Source of the DNA: Promethearchaeia archaeon
Lineage (GTDB): Archaea; Asgardarchaeota; Lokiarchaeia; Sigyniarchaeales; SOKP01
Assembly (NCBI GenBank): GCA_046497275.1
Contig: JAWOFX010000027.1
Coordinates: 1-17,966 of the forward strand
DNA: 17,966 nt
Reading direction: 5' to 3'
Position 1 is the stretch's first letter, and every line of letters begins with the position of its first letter. The position numbers and the translations under genes were made by a program. The notes beneath the pieces were generated by a model. The model worked only from the letters and a program-made list of their open reading frames with translations, had not been told where the DNA came from and made no database searches. Below, piece by piece: positions 1-7,717 of the stretch.

Positions 1-270
1 TATGATCTGGGATTAATTAATGACGTTTTACCACAAAAAGAGTTAATGCCTTATACCAAAAGTCAAGCATTAAAATTAATCCCTCCTCTCGGTCCAAGTT
101 TATCCATAAGACTTATGAAAAAAACAATGCATAATTACTTTCGAGATATTATTGAAGAGCAGCTGGATTTAGAAAACAAATATTGGGTAAAAACGCTCAC
201 ATCCAAGGATTTCAATGAATCTCTCAACGCTCTTAAAGAAAAGCGAGATCCCAGATTTAGTGGTAAATAA
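1..270 (+). CDS. Enoyl-CoA hydratase/isomerase (crotonase) family protein, 3' partial
   Basis: Frame 1 is open from base 1 (YDLGLINDVLPQKELMPY...), so the track's Met at 46 is internal. The GLIN-V motif and the C-terminal 'SKDFNESLNALKEKRDPRFSGK' match the crotonase tail (D..E...AF.EKR.P.F.GK). Confidence 0.88.
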   Translation, partial: YDLGLINDVLPQKELMPYTKSQALKLIPPLGPSLSIRLMKKTMHNYFRDIIEEQLDLENKYWVKTLTSKDFNESLNALKEKRDPRFSGK

Positions 271-471
271 GAAAAAAAATTATTTGAATCTTTTTCCACT
301 CTTTTTTCTCGTAGATGAAGGTATCATTTTGAGAATTTCATAATCTTTATATCGAAATTAATATATTTTTAATTAAATCTATATTATAGTTCGTTCTAAA
401 GAGAAAAGAACTGAGACTAAAAAAATAAGAAAAAAATTGATTTCAACATAGTAAAGAATAGTGATAAATAT

Positions 472-753
472 ATGGCAGAAGATGATAATTCAAATGTATA
501 CATTGGAAAGAAGAGGTCAATGAGTTATGTAATGAGTGCTATGACAAGTTTGAATGAAGGAAAATCCACTTGGCTTCTCGCTCGCGGTAGAGCGATTTCA
601 AGAGCAGTCGACGTTGGAGAATTGTTGATAAATAAATTCGCCAAAGGTGCTAAATACGGCGAAATTAGAATCAACACCGAAGAGGTTACCAATAAAGATG
701 GCTCAAAAAGCAATGTATCCGCTATGGAAATAGAAATTTTACCAGGGAATTAG
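472..753 (+). CDS. albA: DNA/RNA-binding chromatin protein Alba
   Basis: 93 aa with VYIGKK, SYV, ARGRAISRAVDV, NKF and C-terminal SNVSAMEIEI, all Alba family signatures. Confidence 0.96.
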   Translation: MAEDDNSNVYIGKKRSMSYVMSAMTSLNEGKSTWLLARGRAISRAVDVGELLINKFAKGAKYGEIRINTEEVTNKDGSKSNVSAMEIEILPGN

Positions 754-807
754 ACTAGGTAAAATTTGTGAAATATGATTTAATTTATTGGAGCAAAAGT
801 GAATTCT

Positions 808-834
808 CTTTATTTTTTTATTTTTATTATTTCT
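808..834. terminator. T-rich tract between convergent alba and cooT stops, probable archaeal-type terminator
   Basis: Consecutive T runs (ctttattttttta tttttattatttc) lie between two convergent stop codons. Oligo-T termination is established for archaea, but activity here is inferred. Confidence 0.4.
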
Positions 835-1134
835 TTATAAATTCGTTTTCAAATCCTGTAATTTATTTATAAGATTTTCGATATCTTGGACTGTTGCTTT
901 ATCTTGATTCAGTTTATCAAGAACCTCTAAAAATGGTTTCACAATAGGATGTTGAATTATTTTACATTTTGTGTCCAGAGTATCCACCTCATATATCAAA
1001 GCGGAGTCTATTTCCTCAGAGATCCCAAGAATATCCCTAAGCTGAAGGGTTTTATCATCAGAATATGATAATACTAAAATCTCTTCCGCAAGTTGGCTTT
1101 CATTCTTTTTATCTAAGATTTTAAATTCACACAT
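835..1134 (-). CDS. cooT: CooT-family nickel-binding protein with C-terminal helical extension
   Basis: Starts MCE (the Cys2 Ni ligand of CooT). Pattern 'EEILVL...LQLRDILG...IYEVD' fits CooT. GAGGT RBS upstream on the - strand. Lies about 1.1 kb from cdhB. Confidence 0.75.
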   Translation of the reverse strand: MCEFKILDKKNESQLAEEILVLSYSDDKTLQLRDILGISEEIDSALIYEVDTLDTKCKIIQHPIVKPFLEVLDKLNQDKATVQDIENLINKLQDLKTNL

Positions 1135-1233
1135 TTAAATGACCTCTAACTGGAATAATTATAATAATATAATCAATATTTAGGGAAGTGAATTACTCGA
1201 TTTAAAACTCACTATCCCTTTTTTATTCTATGT

Positions 1234-1959
1234 CTATGACTTAATGAAAAGAATAATCAAAAACGAGGGGAGAATAAATCCAGAGTAAAATTCAAGTGCG
1301 CTTGATATGAGAACGATTCTGGTGATAAATAAACCAAGAACATCTAAATCTATTGAAGCATCGAGAACTGAACCCACACAGAATGAGCAAAACGCTAAAA
1401 TCAATAACTTTCCTTGTAATCGGACTGTTGGATGTTCTGATTTTAAGGAAGTAATTCCGAAAAGAATACCCCCAACAAAAAATGTCAAAATCGTAAAAAT
1501 CAAATAAAGCGAAGCAAAATTACGATATTGAATATCCACAGGAGTTTTCAATATTCCTATGAAAGTGGGAGAATATATGATAAAATAAACATAAGCAACT
1601 GTAAAGATTAATCCAATAACTCCATAGAATGTTAATATAATTTTTTTAGTCTTTTGCCATAATAAATCAGTAAGTGCTTTCAAATAAAACATGAAAAATA
1701 ACGGTATTAATGTAATGGTCACTAATAAATAAAGTTCAAGAGAAATTCCCTGCCCATTATTAAATAATCCTACGATAAATGAGATGCTAGAGCCCCACCA
1801 TGGGCTTGTAATTCCAATCCACGTTAAGCCCATATAAATAAATGTTGATTTTTTAAGGGATATGTATTTTAGAATAATTTTTATTCCCACGACTAGAGAC
1901 AAAATTACAAAAATAATACTAAAAACCCCATTCAAAAACTCAATTTGTCCGAACTCCAA
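1234..1959 (-). CDS. Stand-alone seven-transmembrane protein of unknown function
   Basis: 241 aa with seven hydrophobic stretches by eye. TTG start with a GGTGAG RBS upstream. No cytoplasmic output domain. Confidence 0.8.
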   Translation of the reverse strand: MEFGQIEFLNGVFSIIFVILSLVVGIKIILKYISLKKSTFIYMGLTWIGITSPWWGSSISFIVGLFNNGQGISLELYLLVTITLIPLFFMFYLKALTDLLWQKTKKIILTFYGVIGLIFTVAYVYFIIYSPTFIGILKTPVDIQYRNFASLYLIFTILTFFVGGILFGITSLKSEHPTVRLQGKLLILAFCSFCVGSVLDASIDLDVLGLFITRIVLISSALEFYSGFILPSFLIILFIKS

Positions 1960-2266
1960 AAAAACTCACCAAATTTTTTATTTATTTAATATTACAATAT
2001 CCCTATCTAATAGTGATCAATATAATTTGATAATTAATAAATTTAGATATTATTGCACCGCAAAGAAAAATTTCACTCTCTATGATAACAATCAATTTGC
2101 TTAATCTCACTCGTGTTTTGTAGGCGTTGATAGGCTTCTTTTTCGAATACTATATTAAACTTTCTGTAATAAAAATAAATTTTTTATTATATACATTATA
2201 CTTCTAAATAATAGTATTTAGATTAATTAAAACAGCAAATATTACAAATATTCAAAGTGATAAAAA

Positions 2267-2797
2267 ATGGCAAGACCATATCAAAAAGCTAATATCCCAG
2301 GACCTGAAATGGGCACAACCGTAAGTGATCCCAAGGTTATGGCCAATATAATTAAAGCACCAAAGAAGAAAGTTTTTGTTATTGGCTCAGAATCATTAAC
2401 ATGGGAACTAGACGGGAAAAAACTTGTAGACTATTTTATTGAAATCGCCAAAAAATTAAACTGTGACGTTGTGGGAACTGGACATGTGTATAAGTATTTG
2501 AAAGATAAGTTTGAAAATGGAACCTTATATGAGATGCCCCTTATTAATCTTACAGATAGATTAGCAGATAAGGACTGGGAAGGGTTAGACGGAGAAGGTC
2601 AGTATGGCATGGCTATATTTTGCGGTCATCTCGTATTTTACGTTAGTCAAACTTTAAGTAGACTTAAAAATTTCACTAACTGGGTTAGGACAGTTGATTT
2701 AGACAAATTTGCTCATCCAAATGCACGATTTAGCTTACCAAATATAACTGATGCTGAATGGAAAGAATTTTTAGAAGAATTAATCGAAAATTTATAA
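2267..2797 (+). CDS. cdhB: Acetyl-CoA decarbonylase/synthase (ACDS) epsilon subunit
   Basis: N-terminal PYQKANIPGP, 'INLTDRLADKDWEGLDGEGQY' and 'HPNARFSLPN' are typical of CdhB. Directly upstream of cdhC. Confidence 0.93.
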   Translation: MARPYQKANIPGPEMGTTVSDPKVMANIIKAPKKKVFVIGSESLTWELDGKKLVDYFIEIAKKLNCDVVGTGHVYKYLKDKFENGTLYEMPLINLTDRLADKDWEGLDGEGQYGMAIFCGHLVFYVSQTLSRLKNFTNWVRTVDLDKFAHPNARFSLPNITDAEWKEFLEELIENL

Positions 2798-2840
2798 AAA
2801 TAAACAATTAAATTATATAAATATTGAAGAGGTAAATGTT

Positions 2841-4274
2841 ATGAGTTTTTCCGATATGCCTACGGATGTTGGGCCAGTTTACGAAGGGGAGCGTATCCGT
2901 TCTAAGCAGATGTTTGTGGAGCTCGGCGGACCTAAAGTAGATAAAAAATTTGAGTTAGTAAAGGTTAGAAAAGAAAGCGAAATTGAAGATGGCAAAGTAG
3001 TAGTAAGGGGACCAGATCTCAAAGATATGAAGGAAGGTGAGCGATATCCTATGGGTATCTTAGTAGAAGTAGCTGGTTCACAACTTGAAGAGGATTTAGA
3101 AGCAGTTTTTGAAAGAAGAATTCACGAATTTTGCAACTTCGTTAATGGCATCATGCATCTCAATCAAAGATATACCATGTGGATGAGAATATCTACGAAA
3201 GCATTTGAGAAGGGATTTGACACCTTAGAATATTTAGGAACGATATTAATCCGTCTTTTTAAAGCAGAACTTCCAATTGTAGAACAAGCCCAAGTAACCT
3301 TAATTACTGATGCGAAAGTGATTGATGAATACTATCAGATGGCAATGGATACATATAGTAAAAGAGATGAACGAGCCAAAGGACTACACGATGAGGATGT
3401 AGATATGTTTTATGGATGCGTTCTATGTCAGAGTTTCGCTCCAACTCACGTTTGTACAATCACACCTGACAGAACAAGCTTGTGTGGTTCTATTAACTGG
3501 TTTGACGCACGAGCCGCTGCGAAAGTGGATCCAAAAGGACCTATTTTTGAAACTCCACCTGGAGAATGTATTAATAAAGACGCTGGAGAATATAAGGGAG
3601 TAAATGAAGTAACGAAGAAACGTTCATTAGGAGAAGTAGACAGAATTTGGTTATATTCAGCAATGGAGTTTCCTCATACCTCATGTGGATGTTTTGAAGC
3701 TATAGATTTCTACATTCCAGAGGTCAATGGCCACGGTATTATTGATAGGAATGCTGATATGGTGGCAATTAATGGACTTGCATTTTCCGCTATGGCAAAC
3801 CAAACTGGAGGAGGTAAACAGATGCCAGGATTTAATGGTGTCAGTTTACAATACATAGGAAGTCCTAAATACCAACAGTATGATGCTATGCAGGAAGGAT
3901 TAGACCATGGAATCGAATTAACCGTATGGATGAATAGTGATTTAAAGGAGAGAGTAAAACAAGACATTCCAGAGGAATTGTTTGATAAGATCGCTACAGA
4001 AAAGGATGTGTCTGATATGAGCGAACTACGAGAGTTTTTAAAAGAAAAAGAACATCCAATAGTGAACACTTGGAAAGAAGAGGAAGAAGAAGAGGAATAC
4101 GAAGAAGAATGGGAAGGAGAAGGCGCGATGGTTCCAATGGGTACACAAACAATGACGATTCCTGGAGCTGGTGGAATGGGAGGATTTAAGATCATTCTTA
4201 AAAACTGCAAAGTACATGCTGATGCCCTCATCATAAAGAGGATAGATACCAAGAAGAAGAAGAAAAAGAAATAA
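2841..4274 (+). CDS. cdhC: ACDS beta subunit (acetyl-CoA synthase, A-cluster)
   Basis: DVGPVYEGERIR and ELGGPK N-terminus. A-cluster ligands C-x2-C-x8-C-x9-C (GCVLCQSFAPTHVCTITPDRTSLCG) and SCGCFE. Acidic C-terminal linker. GAGGT RBS. Confidence 0.97.
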   Translation: MSFSDMPTDVGPVYEGERIRSKQMFVELGGPKVDKKFELVKVRKESEIEDGKVVVRGPDLKDMKEGERYPMGILVEVAGSQLEEDLEAVFERRIHEFCNFVNGIMHLNQRYTMWMRISTKAFEKGFDTLEYLGTILIRLFKAELPIVEQAQVTLITDAKVIDEYYQMAMDTYSKRDERAKGLHDEDVDMFYGCVLCQSFAPTHVCTITPDRTSLCGSINWFDARAAAKVDPKGPIFETPPGECINKDAGEYKGVNEVTKKRSLGEVDRIWLYSAMEFPHTSCGCFEAIDFYIPEVNGHGIIDRNADMVAINGLAFSAMANQTGGGKQMPGFNGVSLQYIGSPKYQQYDAMQEGLDHGIELTVWMNSDLKERVKQDIPEELFDKIATEKDVSDMSELREFLKEKEHPIVNTWKEEEEEEEYEEEWEGEGAMVPMGTQTMTIPGAGGMGGFKIILKNCKVHADALIIKRIDTKKKKKKK

Positions 4275-4280
4275 GCTTAC

Positions 4281-4302
4281 ATTTTTTTATTTTTATTTTA
4301 TT
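4281..4302 (+). terminator. Oligo-T tract after cdhC
   Basis: atttttttatttttattttatt begins 7 nt after the cdhC stop, and the next gene is convergent. Confidence 0.5.
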
Positions 4303-4489
4303 ATTATCAATTTTGAATTAAGATCTGATATACCTAATTATTATCACTGCTTTTTGTTCTTCGAAATTTAACTTATTTTGTTATTTTAAAAACAAGTCTT
4401 CAAAAATAAAATCAGAGTGCATAATTTTAAATTAAAAGTGAAGAGCAAATTTAAAGAACATAAAGATTGGACTTTCAAAAAGAGAAATG

Positions 4490-4948
4490 TTAGATATAAT
4501 AGCCAGTATTATCTTCATTTATGTTGTCGTTATCGTCATCATCATCGTCTTTATTAGCACCAAAAAACTTTTTATAGAAATATTTTATAATGTCCTCTGG
4601 ATCGCCGTCCATATCAAGGTCTTTGAAATCTTTAGGATTAATCCTGATAATCCCTCCCTGTTTCATGGGGATCATATTACTTTTGAACTTCTCTTGCATT
4701 TCTCTTCTCTTTTTATCTCTGAGGCTAAGTTCCTTTTTCATTAGATTCTTTAGTTCATCAGCTACCAAGTCATCCAATTCTTCAGGAGTAAACCTTAAAA
4801 GCTCTTCAGGGCTATAATTTTTACTCACGTTATGAATCGCTCGTTCTCTTTTGTATTCCGGTATCATATTTATAGATTGGAGATCTAATTTCTTAAGGAT
4901 ATTTAGCCAATCCAATTGCACGGTCCAAATAGAATCTTTTTTTGACAT
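4490..4948 (-). CDS. Hypothetical protein (152 aa, charged, acidic tail)
   Basis: Long ORF with host-like composition and a D-rich C-terminus (DDDDDDNDNINED). No family recognised. Confidence 0.8.
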   Translation of the reverse strand: MSKKDSIWTVQLDWLNILKKLDLQSINMIPEYKRERAIHNVSKNYSPEELLRFTPEELDDLVADELKNLMKKELSLRDKKRREMQEKFKSNMIPMKQGGIIRINPKDFKDLDMDGDPEDIIKYFYKKFFGANKDDDDDDNDNINEDNTGYYI

Positions 4949-5214
4949 TTTCTTAAGTGTGAATATTATAGATATATAAAATTTCTAATTGTGTTTAATT
5001 TTTGTAATTCACGAATACTAAGTAAATTACACGAATCTAACAATTTAAATTTATATCTTTTAGCATATAAATATTTTCATGAGGAATTCTTCAAAACTAA
5101 ATAAAAAATTACATATTTGGGCAATCTCCTAAATTTTGTAATAATTTTCTTTTATACTATAATTTCATTGGTATTATTTCAAGTATTGGTCTAATTAAAT
5201 ATTAAAGAGAAGTA

Positions 5215-5466
5215 ATGAATGATTTACAATACATCTAAAATTTATGAAGGTTTTACAATATAGAAAAATTACAATCCCCAATTCCAGAAGAATTCGCAAT
5301 ACAAATTTGCCAAGAAATTAGAGAAAGAAATAAAAAATTATCATGGTCCAAATAGCAATGTTAGGGATGCATGAAATTTTCAGAGTATGAAGACCGTGGA
5401 AGGGGTATTTATGGAGAACAGGAGACGCTTCGTGGATGTAACTTGGTTAACAAGGTTTTCGAATAA
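5215..5466 (+). pseudogene. Uncalled small Cys-containing reading frame with in-frame stops (pseudogene or recoded gene)
   Basis: Manual frame-1 translation gives MNDLQYI*NL*RFYNIEKLQSPIPEEFAIQICQEIRERNKKLSWSK*QC*GCMKFSEYEDRGRGIYGEQETLRGCNLVNKVFE*. Stops are TAA 5236, TGA 5245, TAG 5353 and TAG 5362, with no frameshift. The stretch is more GC-rich and protein-like than its flanks. Confidence 0.55.
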
Positions 5467-5504
5467 AAAAAAAGTTAAAATAATAAAAATTTCTAATTGG
5501 TGTC

Positions 5505-5732
5505 TTATTTCCAATAGAATCTTAGGGAATTGCCAAATTCGTTTAAGTATGAATTATTAATTTCACCGAATTTAATCTCTCCAAAATCATCCAAGAAGTT
5601 TGGATAAATTGAATCATTAATTTCTAAATAATGTTCTAAAAAGTCCTCATATTCTTCTATACAGTAATTATCGATTTCCCCAAATTTTATCTCTCCAAAC
5701 TGTTGCAAATAATGAGTTTCTGAGATGGACAT
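5505..5732 (-). CDS. Small acidic protein with two internal FGEIKFGE repeats (paralog A)
   Basis: 75 aa. GGTGA RBS at 5742-5746. The internal repeat FGEIKFGEI is identical at protein level and differs only at synonymous positions. Confidence 0.85.
   Translation of the reverse strand: MSISETHYLQQFGEIKFGEIDNYCIEEYEDFLEHYLEINDSIYPNFLDDFGEIKFGEINNSYLNEFGNSLRFYWK
5560..5699. repeat. 26-bp intragenic direct repeat (5560-5585 and 5674-5699)
   Basis: atttcaccgaatttaatctctccaaa vs atttccccaaattttatctctccaaa has 3 mismatches. All are third-codon positions on the - strand (ATT/ATA, TTC/TTT, GGT/GGG). Confidence 0.9.
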
Positions 5733-5908
5733 ATTTAATTTTCACCTTTTAAATAATTATTTCGAAAATTAGTTACATAATTAATGATGAGTTAGTTTGA
5801 AAAAGATAGGTACTATGTCCTAAAAAAAATATGAAATTATTGATTTCAAATTGAAAAATAAATTGAAAATATTGTTTTAAAATATAAAACTAGGATAAAA
5901 AATCTTAT

Positions 5909-6115
5909 TTAACGGAAATATTTCTCCAGGGATTTTTCAAAATCGTCCGAAAGTTCGCTATTAACTTCGCCGAATTTATATTTTCCGTGAATATGTTTTT
6001 CTTCTTTAAAATATTTCTTTAATGAATGCTGGTAATCTATGCTGCAGAGATTGTTTTCTTCGGCAAATTTTATACGCCCAAAATTGGAAAGATATCCTAA
6101 TTCAAATTTAGACAT
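5909..6115 (-). CDS. Small protein with two KF(G/A)E repeats (paralog B)
   Basis: 68 aa. GAGGTGA RBS at 6128-6134. Aligns without gaps to the repeats of 5505..5732. Confidence 0.85.
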   Translation of the reverse strand: MSKFELGYLSNFGRIKFAEENNLCSIDYQHSLKKYFKEEKHIHGKYKFGEVNSELSDDFEKSLEKYFR

Positions 6116-6460
6116 TTTTGGTTTTTTTCACCTCATTTTTTTTATCTAGATATTTTTTTAATTAAATCTTATTTTGATTAAATATTATAATTTATATTTA
6201 AATGTTTTAATAAGAATAATATTTTTATTGATGTTGTTAGGAATTAATCATTTTTTATTTTAAAGACCACTATTTTTTATAAAAATTTCATTCTTGATGA
6301 TCAATATCAATCATTCACTCCTCTTTTTAAAATTACTAACAAGATTTCGTAGTTGAAAATAAAGGCAGTTTTAGTAGTTTATTTTTAACACTATGAAGAT
6401 ATAAAATGTTATTTGGATTTTAATATATAAAGAAAGATGAAATTTATACTGTGATGTCCT

Positions 6461-7624
6461 ATGTCATACATGATCAAATTATTAAATAACTTGCGAGTAA
6501 ATGAACTAAAAGATATATGTCGAGATTATGAGATAAGTGGATATTCGAATCTTACAAAAGCAGAAATTATTTCTCTTATCGCAAAAACGTTACCAGAGAA
6601 TAATATTCAGGATATTCTGAAAAAAAGGGGATTAATTGAAGATGATATTATTCCAATCGAAGATATAAAACCTCTGATAGAAACGGGGAGGGAAGTTGAT
6701 AATAGAACTTATCTTATGTACTTGATGCATTCATTAAATGTAAATGAATTGAAGCAAGTATGTAGAGATTTTCAACTCTCTGGATACTCAGGTCTTAAAA
6801 AAACAGATTTAATTCAGTTTATTCTCGATTCACTTGCTGAAGAAGAATATATACGCTTCCTTTATGAACGTGAATTAGAAATCATTAATAAAGAAATATC
6901 GACTGCGATTGATAAAATACAAGGCAATGAACGGGAATCTATAGATGAAATCAAAATAGTGAATCCAGATCTAAATGAGATTGAAATTACCTTCAAAGGA
7001 TTCAATTGGGAAACAGTTTCATTTCTCTCCATCACAGATGATAATATAGATAACCCCGATCGGGATTGTGATTGTAGAACAGGTTCAAATATGGGGTTTT
7101 GTAGCCATTTTTGGGTGGGTTTTATTTTTTCCCTAAAGGAAGGATATTTTGGTCTTTCTGATTGGTCTTTAACTCAATTACCGAAAGATTTTGAACAGAG
7201 AATAAAATCAATTCAAATTAAAGCATCTCCCGAAAGCACGCAAAAAGAGGAGGAGCTGATCCTAATCGATAAAAGTACAGATTCATCTGAATTAATGGAA
7301 TATTTAGATTCCAGAATAACTGTTTATGAGAGTGAAATAGAGGAGATTGAGAAAAAAACGTCTGAATTTCAAGATATCATTACCACTTATTATCTATTAA
7401 CGTTAAAGGATGTCACGTTTGGGCCACAACTTAAAAAGAAAAGTGAGTATGATGAAAGCAACCTCAAGACCCTCGATAAATTAGTCGTGAGAATAAGTGA
7501 TAATGCGTTTGATAAAGTAAACCCTTCAGAGGGGGATAAAATCACATTAAATGGTACTGTTAATAAAGATAATTTTCTCAAAATGTTTTTACTTAAGCGT
7601 GCTACCAAACTCAAAAAATTATAA
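6461..7624 (+). CDS. Multidomain protein: two HeH/Rho-N-like modules, SWIM zinc finger, OB-like C-terminus
   Basis: Repeats LRVNELKDICRDYEISGYSNLTKAEII and LNVNELKQVCRDFQLSGYSGLKKTDLI. SWIM motif CDC-x8-CSH. C-terminal 'EGDKITLNGTV' beta pattern suggests an OB fold (inference). Confidence 0.8.
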   Translation: MSYMIKLLNNLRVNELKDICRDYEISGYSNLTKAEIISLIAKTLPENNIQDILKKRGLIEDDIIPIEDIKPLIETGREVDNRTYLMYLMHSLNVNELKQVCRDFQLSGYSGLKKTDLIQFILDSLAEEEYIRFLYERELEIINKEISTAIDKIQGNERESIDEIKIVNPDLNEIEITFKGFNWETVSFLSITDDNIDNPDRDCDCRTGSNMGFCSHFWVGFIFSLKEGYFGLSDWSLTQLPKDFEQRIKSIQIKASPESTQKEEELILIDKSTDSSELMEYLDSRITVYESEIEEIEKKTSEFQDIITTYYLLTLKDVTFGPQLKKKSEYDESNLKTLDKLVVRISDNAFDKVNPSEGDKITLNGTVNKDNFLKMFLLKRATKLKKL

Positions 7625-7717
7625 CCTAAAAAGCTTAATATTTTATATCTTTCTTACCCTAAATTAAAATATCTCTAAATTAAATTAGTTTTTCACCCAT
7701 TTTAAGAGGAAATCAAT

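Noticed and set aside
1234-1959. 7TM protein as a rhodopsin
   Set aside because: Helix 7 has no retinal-binding Lys (LFITRIVLISS) and there are no helix-C counter-ion motifs.
2040-2170. Protein-like minus-strand stretch (FEKEAYQRLQNTSEIKQIDCYHRE) in the cdhB upstream region
   Set aside because: No start codon or RBS, about 35 codons long, and indistinguishable from chance.
525-4817. Track ORFs 525-713, 1307-1507, 1862-2104, 3412-3603, 3710-4252, 4487-4744 and 4590-4817
   Set aside because: They are antisense or alternate-frame shadows of well-supported genes (alba, 7TM, cdhC, the 152-aa gene), with no RBS or motifs.
6290-6325. RBS-like GAGGAG on the minus strand followed by ATG...TGA, considered as a selenoprotein start
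   Set aside because: Reading through the TGA hits TAG five codons later. There is no redox-motif context and no SECIS was evident.
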